This document shows, piece by piece, positions 1 through 14,325 of a stretch of DNA of 64,000 nucleotides. The position numbers were made by a program, and so were the translations under genes. The notes under the pieces are model-generated. The model did no database searches. It saw nothing but the letters and a program-made list of their open reading frames with translations, and had not been told where the DNA came from. Positions within the stretch are counted from its first letter, which is position 1; each line of letters starts with the position of its first letter. The DNA comes from the human T2T-CHM13v2.0 reference genome, Homo sapiens, in NCBI RefSeq assembly GCF_009914755.1, contig NC_060926.1; one strand, written 5' to 3'.

Positions 1-392
1 GAGAAGAAATAAATTCAATAGAAAAGTCTGGAAGTCCTGATGCCGACGCCCTGATGGGCTGTTGGGGGCCAGAGGTAGTCCAGGGGCCAGAGCTTGTCCA
101 GGGACCTATATAGCCTTGGCCAGATGCCTTCAGTTGCCCCAGGACCTCCTTCCAAAGGAAACTGGATTGGAACAGAGCCAACATTCCCACCATGTGAGGG
201 CGATAGGGGATTGAGAAAGTCCTCTCCAGCAAGCCTGTCCCCTGAGTCTTGTAAGGATGGCAGCCACTCTAGAAGCTTTTAACTGGCTGAAGGGCGCAGT
301 GTTTTGTTTAATTAAAAAAACTGAGGGCAAGAAGCCCCCAAACAAAAATGAAGAATCGGAGGTCCCTCCTACTCAACTTTCCAATGTTTCCT

Positions 393-410
393 TTCCCTGC
401 CAATGCACTA
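393..410 (-). other. primer-binding site complementary to tRNA-Gly(GCC)
   Basis: + strand TTCCCTGCCAATGCACTA is 16/18 identical to the tRNA-Gly 3' end TTCCCGGCCAATGCACCA, 3 nt from the LTR end. Confidence 0.75.
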
Positions 411-413
411 AAA

Positions 414-998
414 TGTTACAGTTTTGCCAATGCACCACAATGTTACTGTTTTGCCAATGCACTGCAATGTAGCAGTTTCTCATTGCCGGGTATCACCTGC
501 ATTTCTTTGTTTCACAACCAGGAAAATTAAGGAGCCTGGACACAAACGGTGCAGTTGGAGCGAAAGTTTAATAAGTGAAAGAAGAAAGCTCTCTGCTGTG
601 GAGAGGGAGCCTGGAAGAGGGTTGCCATTTTTACAGTTAAATGCAAAGGCTTTTATAAGAAACTGAAGAGGACTAGGTGTCTCATTTGCATAAGATGCAA
701 ATTTATGCTAGCTCCACCCCATCCTCCTAGTGTGCATGGGGGCTCTTACCTTGAGCTATTCCATATTGCTTTGTTCCCCTTACTGTGCATGAGTCAGGGG
801 ATGGAATTTTCCATTGCAGGCATGGCTGGGAAAGTCACCTGCGTAGCCTTTCTTATCTGTTCAGCTGTGGGCATGTCTTAGGCAAGCCCCTCTATGCAAG
901 TTCCCTTATCTGTACCTGCAGGCTGTTCTTTTGTTTAAAGAATTCAACTGAGGACCCACCCTAACTGCCTGACCAGTTTCTTCCTTTCTACTCTCTCA
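414..998 (-). mobile_element. ERV1 5' LTR, LTR9-like; internal proviral sequence continues to the left edge
   Basis: minus strand begins TGAGAGAGTAGAAAGGAAGAAAC and ends TGTAACA; TATA-like signal; followed by a PBS. Confidence 0.75.
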
Positions 999-1195
999 CT
1001 AGCCTGAACAATGTGGTGAAGTTCCCTCTCTATAAAATATACAATATTTTATGCATAAATATGGTGGCATGCATCTCAGGAGGCTGAGATGGGAGGATTG
1101 CTTGAGCCCCGGAGGCAGAGGCTGCAATGAGCCAAGATCGCACCACTGCACTCCAGCCTGGGCGACAGAGCATGACCCTGTCTCAAAAAAAACAA
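999..1195 (+). mobile_element. AluJ 3' part (cut by the ERV insertion)
   Basis: Alu right arm plus A-tail abutting the LTR. Confidence 0.8.
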
Positions 1196-1384
1196 ACCTA
1201 ATTTCAAACATTCCTTCTCTTTGTAACTCACCTGTGCCACTACTCGGAAAGATACACAATGTTGTGAATTCCTGCAGGGGGGATTCTGCTCTGTTAGTGA
1301 ATGTTTCCTCACTGCTGGCTAGGGAATTCATCTGAAGTTGCTTGCCATTCCACCATCTTCCAGCTCCTAAAATGCTGGTGTTAT

Positions 1385-2121
1385 TGTGTCCGGAATTTAG
1401 TCCTTCTGGTGGGTTCTTGGTCTTGCTGACTTCAGGAATGAAGCCGTGGACCTTCATGGTGAGTGTTACAGCTCTTAAAGATGGTTTGTCTGTAATTTGT
1501 TCCTTCAGATGTTCGGATGTGTCCGGAGTTTCTTCCTTCCAGTAGGTTCGTGGTCTCGCTGACTTCAGGAGTGAAGCTGCAGACCTTCGCAGTGAGTGTT
1601 ACAGCTCTTAAAGGTGGTGTGTCTGGAGTTATTTGTTCCTTCTGATGGGTTTGTGATCTCGCTGACTTGAGGAATGAAGCCACGGACCCTCACGGTGAGT
1701 GTTACAGCTGATAAAGGCAGTGTGGACCCAAAGAGTGAGCAGCAGCAAGATTTATTGTGAAGAGCAAAAGAACAAAGCTTCCACAGCGTGGAAGGGGACC
1801 CGAGTGGGTTGCCGCTGCTGGCTGTAGTGGCCAGCTTTTATTCCCTTATTTGGCTCTGCCCACATCCTGCTGATTGGTCCATTTTACAGAGTGCTGATTG
1901 GTCCATTTTACAGAGTGATTGGTGCTGATTGGTGAGTTTACAATCCTTTAGCTAGACACAGAGCGCTGAGTGGTGCATTTACAATCCTTTAACTGGACAC
2001 AGAGTGCTGATTGGTGCATTTTTACAGAGTGCTGATTGGTGCATTTACAATCCTTTAGCTAGACAGAAAAGTTCTCCAAGTCCCCACTCATCCCAGAAAG
2101 TCCAGCTGGCTTCACCTCTCA
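1385..2121 (-). mobile_element. solo LTR12-family (HERV9) LTR
   Basis: TG..CA ends, TTAT target-site duplication (TSD) at 1381-1384/2122-2125, repeated TGATTGG (CCAAT) units, triplicated U5 unit. Confidence 0.9.
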
Positions 2122-2179
2122 TTATTGTCTCCTCTCCTACCCTCATCACTCTTGTGCTTTTCTACTTTAGAAACAAATA

Positions 2180-2325
2180 GGCTGGATGCAGTGGTTCCTG
2201 CCTGTAATCCCAGTACTCTGGGAGGCCGAGGCTGGAGAATCACTTGAGGCCTGGAGTTTGATACCAGCCTGTAAAACATAGCAACACCCCTATGGCTATC
2301 AAAAATTAAGAAATTAAAAAATAAC
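2180..2325 (+). mobile_element. Alu monomer (FLAM)
   Basis: left-arm consensus. Confidence 0.8.
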
Positions 2326-2393
2326 AAGGGAAACTCCTGTTACTGTGGTTTTAGAGGGGTTTGAGATGGAACATAGCTAACTACTGGTATTAA

Positions 2394-2703
<310 letters not shown>

Positions 2704-2797
2704 TAAAGCAGCCTTTATGTACAATTTTATATTTCCTTTAAAAATTTTTTATTTAGTATTGTAGTATAATCATTTCCCTGTGTGATTAAAAATGTAA

Positions 2798-4000
<1,203 letters not shown>

Positions 4001-4317
4001 CTAATAACATCATTTCAGTTGCTACTTATAGTCCACTGTCCTTTTTTTCTTTTGAAGGGGAACAGGGTCTGGCTTGTTGCCCAGGCGGAGTACAGTGGTA
4101 TGATCATAGCTCACTGCATCCTTAAACTCCTGAGCTCAAGCCATCCTCCCGCCCTGGCCTCCCAAGTAGCTGGGACTACAGGTGCATGCCCAGCCATCAT
4201 TGTCCTTTCTTAATAATTTCATGGACATTGGGCTTCTTTCCAGTTTTTCCCAGTTATAAATAATACTGTAATAAACATCTTTGTGTAAGTAGAAAACTGT
4301 GTCCTCATTTTAGGTTA

Positions 4318-5178
4318 TGTGAACCCTGAATATCTGAGACAGGTCTCAGTTAATTTAGAAAGTTTATTTTGCCAAGGTTGAGGAGGTGCACCTGTGACAC
4401 AGCCTCAGGAGGACCTGATTTTCATGTGCGTCCGTGTGAAGAGACCACCAAACAGGCTTTGTGTGAGCAATAAAGCTGTTTATTTCACCTGGGTGCAGGC
4501 AGGCTGAGTCCGAAAAGAGAGTCAGCAAAGGGAGATAGGGTTGGGGCCGTTTTATAGGATTTGGGTAGGTAAAGGAAAAAGGGGGGTTGTTCTCTGGCGG
4601 GCAGGAGTGGGGGTCACAAGGTGCTCAGTAGGGGAGCTTTTTGAGCCAGGATGAGCCAGGAAAAAGAATTTCACAAGACAATGTCATCAGTTAAGGCAGG
4701 AACAGGCCATTTTCACTTCTTTTGTGGTGGAATGTCATCAGTTAAGGCAGGAACCAGCCATCTGGATGTGTACGTGCAGGTCACAGGGGATATGAAGGCT
4801 TAGCTTGGGCTCAGAGGCCTGACACTGATGACATGTGCCCACTGTGGTCAGGCCACAGCTTGGTTTTATACATTTTAGGGAGACACGAGACATCAATCAA
4901 TATGTGTAAGAAGTACATTGGTTCTCTCCAGAAAGGTAGGACAACTTGAAGCAGGGAGGGAGGCTTCCAGGTCACAGGTAGGTGAGAGAAAAATGGTTGC
5001 ATTCTTTTGAGTTTCTGATTAGCCTTTCCAAAGAAGGCAATCAGATATGTATCTATCTCAGTGAGCAGAGGGAAGACTTTGAATAGAATGGGAGGCAGGT
5101 TTGCTCTAAGCAGTTCCCACCTTGACTTTTTCCCTTTACCTTAGTGGTTCTGGGGCCCCAAGATTTATTTTCCTTTCA
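4318..5178 (-). mobile_element. MER4A-like solo LTR (host of LTR7)
   Basis: GTTA TSD at 4314-4317/5179-5182; MER4A-type termini. Confidence 0.85.
4420..4824 (-). mobile_element. solo LTR7 (HERV-H)
   Basis: minus strand starts TGTCAGGCCTCTGAGCCCAAGC; perfect 5-bp TSD CTGAT (4415-4419/4825-4829); two type-I repeats. Confidence 0.93.
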
Positions 5179-5657
5179 GTTATTTCTTTCGGATAAATTT
5201 TCCAGAAGGGGAAATATTATGTGAAACAGGGGAGAAAATGAAGACAGATGAAAGAAGAACAAGGAAGTCCTCAGAGGAGGAGGTCTACACCAGTCTCAAA
5301 CAGCTGCCCCAGCATCACCTGGAGGGCTTCTTAGAACAGTCTGCAGGTCCATCCCCAGAGGAAGTCTGGGGTGAGTCCAATGATAATTTACATTATTAAC
5401 AAATTCCAAAACCTTTGCTGAAGCTATTGTTCCCGGAACCAGGCATGGGAACAGGTTGGAGTTAAGAATACATGAAACTGCAGAGGTGTTCGTAGGTGGA
5501 ACCTCGGTGGGAAATTGTACCTTTATTTCCTATCAGAGTAGGAGGTGGGATCCCTGGCCAAAAGAGAAGCAGGAGGGGGCAAATACATGATGAAAGGAGT
5601 GAATGGTTTGGATAAGCCTCAGCAGGATTTAAGGAAGGAACTGGTACACAAAAATTA

Positions 5658-6078
5658 TGAGAACCCATTGTTTTGGACTAGGCTTCTGCACTAGGCCTCA
5701 ACAGACCAGACCACACCAAAATGGAGTCACTCATGCTAAATGTCACATAATCAGACTGAAACCAAGGTAGCAGGTAGATTCGAAAACGGTTTTTTACCCT
5801 GGAAACAGGACATTCCAGCCTACCTGAATCAGCATATTCAGGAGGTCCTCTTTGCCTTAATCTTTACAAAAAAGTAACCAGAAGTTAACCAATCAGCTTT
5901 TTTTTTTTAATTGTTCTGTTTCCTTCCTTGTTCCCACCTTACAAAACTGGCTGTTCTGCCATTGCCCAGTGGGAGCTCTCATTCTGTTTTATAGAATGGA
6001 ACCTGCCTTGATTCATGAATCACAAATAAAAGCCAATTAGATCTTTAACTAAACTTGCTGTAATTTTGTCTTTGGACA
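5658..6078 (+). mobile_element. old ERV1 (MER4-group) solo LTR, subfamily uncertain
   Basis: TG..CA ends, aaaatggagtcactcatgctaa motif, AATAAA near the 3' end. Confidence 0.55.
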
Positions 6079-7359
6079 GAACTGATCTGAAATCCTATAA
6101 AGCGCTGAATAGAAGAATTGAGAATCCAGCCTAAATTAGACATCATAAATTGAGTGTAATATTAGCCTTCATTGTCATGTAATTTTTTTCCAACAGCTCT
6201 CAGCTGCCAGAGAAGGCCTGGGTAGAGGTTGTGGGGGAATGGCACAGCAGCACAGAGAGTAAAGGGCTAGTAGTTGGAGAGAGGTAGGTTTTCTTTAACT
6301 GTAAAGCAGCCCTCGAGGAAGTGAGGCAGAGGGCCAGGAGTTTGACGTTGAGTGGTGTCATTAGAGTTGACCATTAGGCAAATGGAGCTGTTCTCAGGTG
6401 TGACAGGAATTTGGCCATCTTTAGAATCTTTAGAATCACATTAAGGAAGTCTGAAGGCAAGCTGTTGGATGGGTCATTTGCACGGGCTCTAAAATTCTTG
6501 AGGATAATGACAAATCCCTGGTAATCTGCTGGTTGATGAATGAGATCAATGCAAAGGGATGTGGAATTGAAGGCAGAGGCAGTGGGAGCTTCAGAAGGCT
6601 TTTGCCTGAAAATGAGAGACTGATGAACTGAACTGAGCCATAAAGCAATAGGAGAATTCATGACCTGTCTTCTCATTCATGGTGGGTGAGGTGTGGGGAG
6701 CTGAAGGGTGTCACCTAGAGACCCTGGAGTTCCCCAGGCCATCTCGATTAGGGGCTGGGCCTTACAAAGATACAGGTGATGAAAGCTGCAGTGAAGGCCA
6801 TTTTGCTAGAGGCCTGGAGGATAACAAGAGTTCTTGCAGGAAAGCCTAAAGTCTGCAGAATTGTTATGGTACATAAGAAACCTAAATGGTTCTCAGTGAG
6901 GATGAAGGCTCACCAGGACAAGGCAAATGCACATTTGTGACCATAAGTAATTCCTATCGAGCAGAAGCTGCTAGGTGGCTACTGTGCTCTTCCACCTTCC
7001 AGGATCACAACCACTCTCAGTGCCCCATGCAGCCACCTCAGGTCAGAGTTTGTGCTCAGAATCAACACTCCATCATTCTTGTGCTAGGCATCGGAATACT
7101 CAGTCCCTGTTTTCAAGAGTCTTAGTGACTGGAGCCAGAACAGTCTAGGAGACAAAACACTCTTTAAGGGAGCTTGGGAAAGCATCCCCTAAGTCTAAAA
7201 AGAGTGATTTAAAAATGCTCAGGCTTTTGAGTGCTCTCACCACAAAGAAATGTGAATGCATGAGGTGATAGATAAGCTAAATACCCTGATTTGATCATTA
7301 GACAACAGATATATGTGTCAAAACATCAAATGTTACCCCACGAATAAGTACAATTACAA

Positions 7360-7565
7360 TTTTTTTTTTTGAGACAAGATCTGGCTCTGTCGCCCAGGCT
7401 GGAGTGCAGCGGCACGATCTTGGCTCCCTGCAACCTCCACCTCCCGGGTTCAAGCAATTCTCATGCGTCAGCCTCCCGAGAGCTGGGACTATAGGCGTGC
7501 GCCACCACACCCGGCTAACTTTTTATTTTTAGTAGAGATGGAGCTTCGCTACGTTGGCCAGGCTG
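7360..7565 (-). mobile_element. Alu (truncated) within an L1M 3' end fragment (~7225-7590)
   Basis: Alu consensus; L1 tail text on both sides. Confidence 0.8.
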
Positions 7566-7810
7566 CAATCTGTCAATTAAAAAAAAAAGCCGTCTCAGAA
7601 CACGTTTCTTTTTTGAAGCAAAAGCTGTTTGAGATAGGCATTTCCTTGGAAGGAAGTTGTCAAAATGCAAATCACCCACTCAAGACAAAAGTACCTATTG
7701 TTTCTCTTTGGCTGCTGTTTCTAGCCTACTTTGTGTGAAGAGGAGTTAGCCAGGGGCTGAGTGTGTGGCAGCCAAGCAAATAAGCCACACCCCTGTCACA
7801 AGTCCTGTGA

Positions 7811-7956
7811 GGGGAGACTGATTTGGGTAATAATAACACTGTGATCTTCCACACAGCCAGCTCTGCATGAATTACTCTTTCTCTATTGCAATTTCCATGT
7901 CTTGAGAAATTGGCTCTGTCCAGGCAGCAGGAAGGTGGACCCACTGGGTGGTTACA
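7811..7956 (+). mobile_element. LTR8 3' fragment (5'-truncated)
   Basis: inverted homolog (roughly 88% by eye) of 9487-9632; ends ...GGTTACA. Confidence 0.8.
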
Positions 7957-8261
7957 GAAGTACCAAGACAAAAGAAAAGGACTTGGAGTTTCCAGGGGTG
8001 ACAAATTGCGAGAAGGCAAATACATGGGGGAAACTGGTGGGGCAAGGTTTGTTTCTGCAGATCCATTTTAGCATCAACTCTCTGTGGTCTTCATGGCCAT
8101 AAAACTGAATAATATTAAACAAGACAACAATTGTCTGTGAGTGACACAATGTCTTAAAACCTCCCTGGGAGAGGGGATTTATGGAAATCCTCATTTTTCA
8201 GAAGTGTCTGCTTTTGGTCAGATAAGTAAAGGTCCAAAAGGCTTCTTTCAGCCTCCGTAAC

Positions 8262-9487
8262 TGATATGGACAGGAGGCAGGGAAATACTGGGTAGAAGAG
8301 GGCAGTTCCCCAGCAAAGGCCCCACCCTCAAGCCTGGAAACCCATGGCCCTAAATGGGAACAGACATTCCTCTTTTCAGTTCAAAGGTTGCCTTTTCCAA
8401 GACCACTATGGCTCACTACGCCCCTATCCTGTGCTTATATAAATCCCAAGCTCCACAAGCAGGTACAGAAGACCAGAAGAGTGGCAGAGCAGCGTAGCAG
8501 AGAAGAGAAGAAGAGAAAGAGCATCTGAATGTCAAGAGGAGTTTGGCTGGGGACAGTTGGAGAAGAGATTGGTGGGGGGACAGCTGAACTCCAGGGGAAG
8601 ATCATCTTCCCACTCCATTCTCTTTCCAGATCCCCATCCATCCCACTGAAAGCCACCTCCATCACTCAGTAAAATCCTTGCATTCACCATCCTTCAAGTC
8701 CGAGTGACCTGATTTTTTCCTGGACACTGGACAAGGCCCCAGATACCAAGGTGGCAGGATGTAAAAGGCTGTCACTCTGACTCTCCATTGAGCTGGTTTA
8801 ACAGTCATCTGTGGATAGTAACTGCTAAAAAAGCATTAATTGTAACATAGCTCTAGACGCTACCATGGGGCCGGAGCCCAAAAGTGCTTGCCCTGGCTCC
8901 TGCACCTGCCTGTCTGCATGCCCCCCATCCTGTAAGGGGTTTGAGTGTGTGTGGCAGCCAAGCAAATAAGCCACACCCCTGTCACAAGTCCTGTGAGGGG
9001 ATCAGGGTAAGGGAGGATACCACCCCTCATATTGTCTTATGCCCAATTTCTGCCTCCAAAGAAAGAAAAAGTAAAAACTAAAAGGCAGAAATGAAATCCA
9101 CAAGCAGACAGCCCGGCGCCACACCCTGGGCCTGGTAGTTAAGATTGACCCCTGACCTAATCGGTTATGTTAACTATAGATTCCAGACATTGTATAGAAA
9201 AGCTCTGTGAAAATCCCTATCCTGTTTTGTTCCGACCTACTTACCGGTGCATGCAGCCCCCAGTCACGTACCCCCTGCTTGCTCAATCGATCACGACCCT
9301 CTCACCCACACCCCCTTAGAGTTGTGAGACCTTAAAAGGGGCAGGAATTGCTCACTCGGGGAGCTCGGTTCTTGAGACAGGAGTCTTGCCGATGCCCCCG
9401 GCCGAATAAACCCCTTCCTTCTTTAACTCGGTGTCTGAGGAGTTTTATTTGTGGCTCGTCCTGCTACAAGGGAACTCTCCCATTTTG
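8262..9487 (+). mobile_element. LTR1-family solo LTR
   Basis: starts TGATATGGACAGGAGGCAGGGAAATACTGGG; TAAC TSD at 8258-8261/9488-9491. Confidence 0.75.
9008..9468 (+). mobile_element. solo LTR2 (HERV-E type)
   Basis: TAAGGGAGGATACCACCCCTCATATTGTC...CTGCTACA; AGGG TSD at 9004-9007/9469-9472; retains many CpGs. Confidence 0.9.
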
Positions 9488-9651
9488 TAACCGCCCAGTG
9501 GGTTCACCTTGCCTGCTGCCTAGACAGAGCTGATTTCTCAAGACAGGGGAATTGCGATAGAGAAAGAGTAATTCATGCAGAGCTGGCTGTTCAGGAGACC
9601 AGAGTTTTATTATTACTCAAATCAGACTCCCCAGTATTTGGGGATCAGAAG

Positions 9652-9960
9652 TTTTTTCTTTTTTTCTTTTTTGACAGACTCTTGCTCTGTCACCCAGGCT
9701 AGAGTGCAGTGGCACAATCCTGGCTTACTGCAACCTTCACCTCCTGGGTTCAAGCAATTCTCCTGCTTGAACCTCAGCCTCCTGAGTAGCTGAGATTACA
9801 GGCATGCGTCAGCACTCCCAGCTGATTTTTTTGTATTTTTAGTAGAGAGGGGATTTCACCATGTTGGTCAGGCTGGTCTTGAACTCCTGACCTCAAGTGA
9901 TCTGCCCGCCTCAGCCTCCCAAAGTTTTGGGATTACAGTCACGAGCCACTGCGCCCGGCT
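9652..9960 (-). mobile_element. AluS in LTR8
   Basis: TSD ggggatcaga(a)gtttt. Confidence 0.9.
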
Positions 9961-11127
9961 GGGGATCAGAGTTTTAAGGACAATTTGGTGGGTGTGTGTG
10001 TGTGGGCTGGGGTGCGGGGGTGGGTGGGGGGAGCAGACAGTGAGCCAGGAGTGCTGATTGATTAGGTAGGTAGGAGATAAGATCATAGGGAATTGAAGCT
10101 GTCCTCTTGTGCTGAGTCAGTTCCTGGGTGGGGGCCACACGATCAGATGAGCCAGTTCATTGATCTGGGTGGTCCCAGCTGACCCATCAAGTACAGGGTC
10201 TGCAAAATATCTCAAGGACTGATCTTAAAAGCAGTTTAGGGAGGATTGGAATCTTGTAGCCTCCAGCTGCATGACTCCTAAACCATAATTTCTATTCTTG
10301 CAGCTAATTTGTTAGTCCTACAAAGGCAGTCTAGTCCCCGGGCAAGAAAGAGGTTTGTTTTGGGAAAGGGCTTTTATTGTCTTTGTTTTAAACCATAAAC
10401 TAATTTATTCTCTTATTATTGATTCAGCTTATACCCAGGAATGAACAAGGACAGCTTGGAGGTTAGAAGCCAGATGAGTTGGTTAGGTCAGATCTCTTTC
10501 ATTGCCTCAGCTACAATTTTGCAATGGCGGTTTCATATCTGTTGATTCTCATTTGTTTCCAGCTCAAAACAATCTTTATGTCAAAGTCACACATTTGGGA
10601 GTAGCATTTTTCGATCCCCTACATCTACCCTACATGGGTTGCTCGGGAAATGTGACCCATTCCATAGCCAGCCTTGGGAAAGCAAAAAAAGAAATTGAAG
10701 CAATAGATTATGGATGGTAGAATTTTAAGAAGAAAAGAAAAGCAGGCTGAGTCACTGGCAAGAACAAAGAAATAAAGATTAATAAATAGCCTGGGCTGAA
10801 AATCATGAGTTTGTATTCAATATTTGATGAAAAGTCATTGAGGAATTGCAAACAGGGGAACTATACAGTCACATGTGTGTAATCAAGGCCAGGGAGAGGT
10901 TGGGTTGGGTGGGTGGTTGTGGTGGTGGGAGTGAGACAAGAGGCAGGGAGATGATTTAGCTTCTTAGTCCATCTCCTTTGTTCTTTGTCCATCTTTGTTT
11001 CTCTCTCCGTCTCTAAGAGCCTTGAGAGGCCTAGTCCAGAAGTTTATTTTTCCTCCCAGAATGTGTGAGATTGTGTGGATTAATTTCTCCTTTTTATAGC
11101 TGTCAAAAACGAGAGTAACAAACCCAG

Positions 11128-11129
<2 letters not shown>

Positions 11130-11163
<34 letters not shown>
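11130..11163. repeat. poly(T)34 with no adjacent retroelement body
   Basis: direct reading. Confidence 0.9.
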
Positions 11164-11166
<3 letters not shown>

Positions 11167-11379
11167 AAATCAAAAGATCACTTAGTAGGTTTTAACGAAA
11201 AGGAGATTGTTACAAATAGTACAACCAGGAAACTCTCAGTTGGCTGTCTTGGCATCCCCTGGTATTCCTTAACTGAACTCATTCAACATTTAGGATATAC
11301 AGGCCACCACACAAAGATGACAGCTATGAATTAGACAGACAGGGTCTTTGCTTTTCTGGAGTTTACATTCTAGGTAGGG

Positions 11380-11419
11380 GTGTGTGTGTGTGTGTCTCTC
11401 TCTCTCTCTCTCTGTGTGT
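11380..11419. repeat. (GT)n(CT)n compound microsatellite
   Basis: direct reading. Confidence 0.9.
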
Positions 11420-11496
11420 TGGGTACTGTAGGCGAAATGTTATAAACATATAACTATAAAAATTTCAGATTCTGAAAGGAACTGTGGTGAAAATAA

Positions 11497-12053
<557 letters not shown>

Positions 12054-12480
12054 CTGAGGTAGAATATAATAGGATTTAGGGGAGACCACTCTGAAAATAA
12101 TATAGGACCTAAGGGAGGTAACATTTAAACTTAGAAAGACTTAATGCTAAGAAAGAATCAGAGCACAAAGATCATTTCACGCAGACAGAATAGCACGCAC
12201 AAAGGCCTCAAGGTAGTTTTGAGATGTTCCTGTGCCGACCACATTAATCAGGTGGCGCACTGGTATGAGATGGGGGAGGTGGGCAGAGGCCAGATCACGT
12301 AGTACCTGGGGCACTGGAAACCTGATAAAGGACTTTTTGAACAGGAACGCGACACAAACCAAGTTACTTTTCTAAAAATCTGCTCTGGCTTATGAAGTCA
12401 CTGGAGCACTCAGAGTGATAATGGTGGTTTACACTAGAATGATAGTAGCAGAGAAAAGAAGTAGATGGATTTGCCATATT

Positions 12481-13421
12481 CATAGTCCTTCCTCATCCTC
12501 AGGGGATACATTCCAAGTTCCTCAGTGGATACCTGCAAATGCAGATAATATCAAACTCTATATATGCTTTTTTTAAAGACATGACTATAATAAAGTTTAA
12601 TTATAAACTAGGCATAGTAAGTGATTAACAAGATTAACAAACAATAAAATAGAACTATTATAGTAATATGCCGGCACCACTACTCTTGCACTTTGGAGCC
12701 ATTATTAAGTAAAGAAGAGTTACTTGAACACAAGCACTACAATACGTCCAGTTGACCTGATGATTGATCTGATAACTGAGATGGCTACTAAGTGGCTCAC
12801 AGGTGGGTAGCATACATAGCAAAATATATATGCATCCAGGGATGATTCATGTGCTGGGTGGGATGGAGTGAGACAGCACAAGACTTTCTTATGCTACTCA
12901 GAATGGCACACGATTTAGACGATTCTCACTCACTGTCCCTTCAGTCCAAGGGACCAGGGCTCAGGAGCCATGACCTGGTGTCTCCTGCCCACCCTGGTCC
13001 CAGGTAAATGTGAATGGAAACAGGTATGAGAGCCTGTCCTCCTTTTTGGTTCCCCCCAGCCCCACCCCAGGCCTCACGATGGTGCTACCTGAAAAAGCCT
13101 TCCTCCCCACCCCCCACTAGCCTGGTCAGTGGTCAGTGAATTGGAAGAGGATCTGATGGGAGTGTAAATGTGAGACAACAATGTCTTGATTGTACCTGTT
13201 TGTAGTTTAGCTTTGTATTTAAACAAACAAGCAAGGAAATAAACTTGAAAATTATTTGTCATCATAAAAATGAAACAAAAATTAAAATATTTATTGCCAG
13301 GCCAAAAAAAACGTATAAACTGTTTCTTTCTGGAATTTTCTATTTAATATTTTCAAATTGAGGTTAACTGTGGGTAACTAAGACTGTGGAAAGCAAAACT
13401 GAGGATAAGGAGGAACTACTG
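12481..13421 (-). mobile_element. MER44 (Tigger7-derived) DNA transposon, interrupted by a retrocopy
   Basis: terminal inverted repeat-like ends, TA flank; inverted homolog of 17587-18416. Confidence 0.75.
12922..13311 (+). pseudogene. 5'-truncated processed (3'UTR-only) retrocopy, parent not identified
   Basis: non-repeat insert in MER44; AATAAA at 13238, ATTAAA at 13281, A-tail 13304-13311; short AGACG/AAACG TSD at a TTT/AAAA site. Confidence 0.75.
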
Positions 13422-13491
13422 TATCTTAGAAGCAGAATCAACAGTATTTGGTGACAGATTAGATGTGAAACATAAGAAACAGAGAGAAATT

Positions 13492-13802
<311 letters not shown>

Positions 13803-13980
13803 TTAAGAATAATGCTTAGGTTTTTGGTTTAAGCAACTGGGTAAATGATAATGCCATTTATTGCAGTGGAAAAGATTTGGAGACAAGTAGATGTAAGGAG
13901 GGAATCAACAGTCCCATTATTGATATGTTACATTCAAAGTGACATCAAGTTGCTTATTAAACATATGAATTTGGCATTCA

Positions 13981-14325
<345 letters not shown>

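Larger units (their letters stand above)
8256..10535 (-). mobile_element. LTR8, interrupted near its terminus by an LTR1-like element and internally by an Alu
   Basis: ..taaccgcccagtgggttcaccttgcc.. through ..gcaatggcggtttca. Confidence 0.8.
7957..10623 (-). mobile_element. MER34/MER39-like LTR, host of an LTR nest
   Basis: 7957-8255 and 10536-10623 join into one MER34-type LTR end (cagctcaaaacaatctttatgtcaaagt...cccctaca). Confidence 0.55.

Noticed and set aside
1385-2070. Regularly spaced direct repeats (CRISPR-like appearance)
   Set aside because: Known internal tandem repeats of LTR12; eukaryotic DNA, no unique spacers
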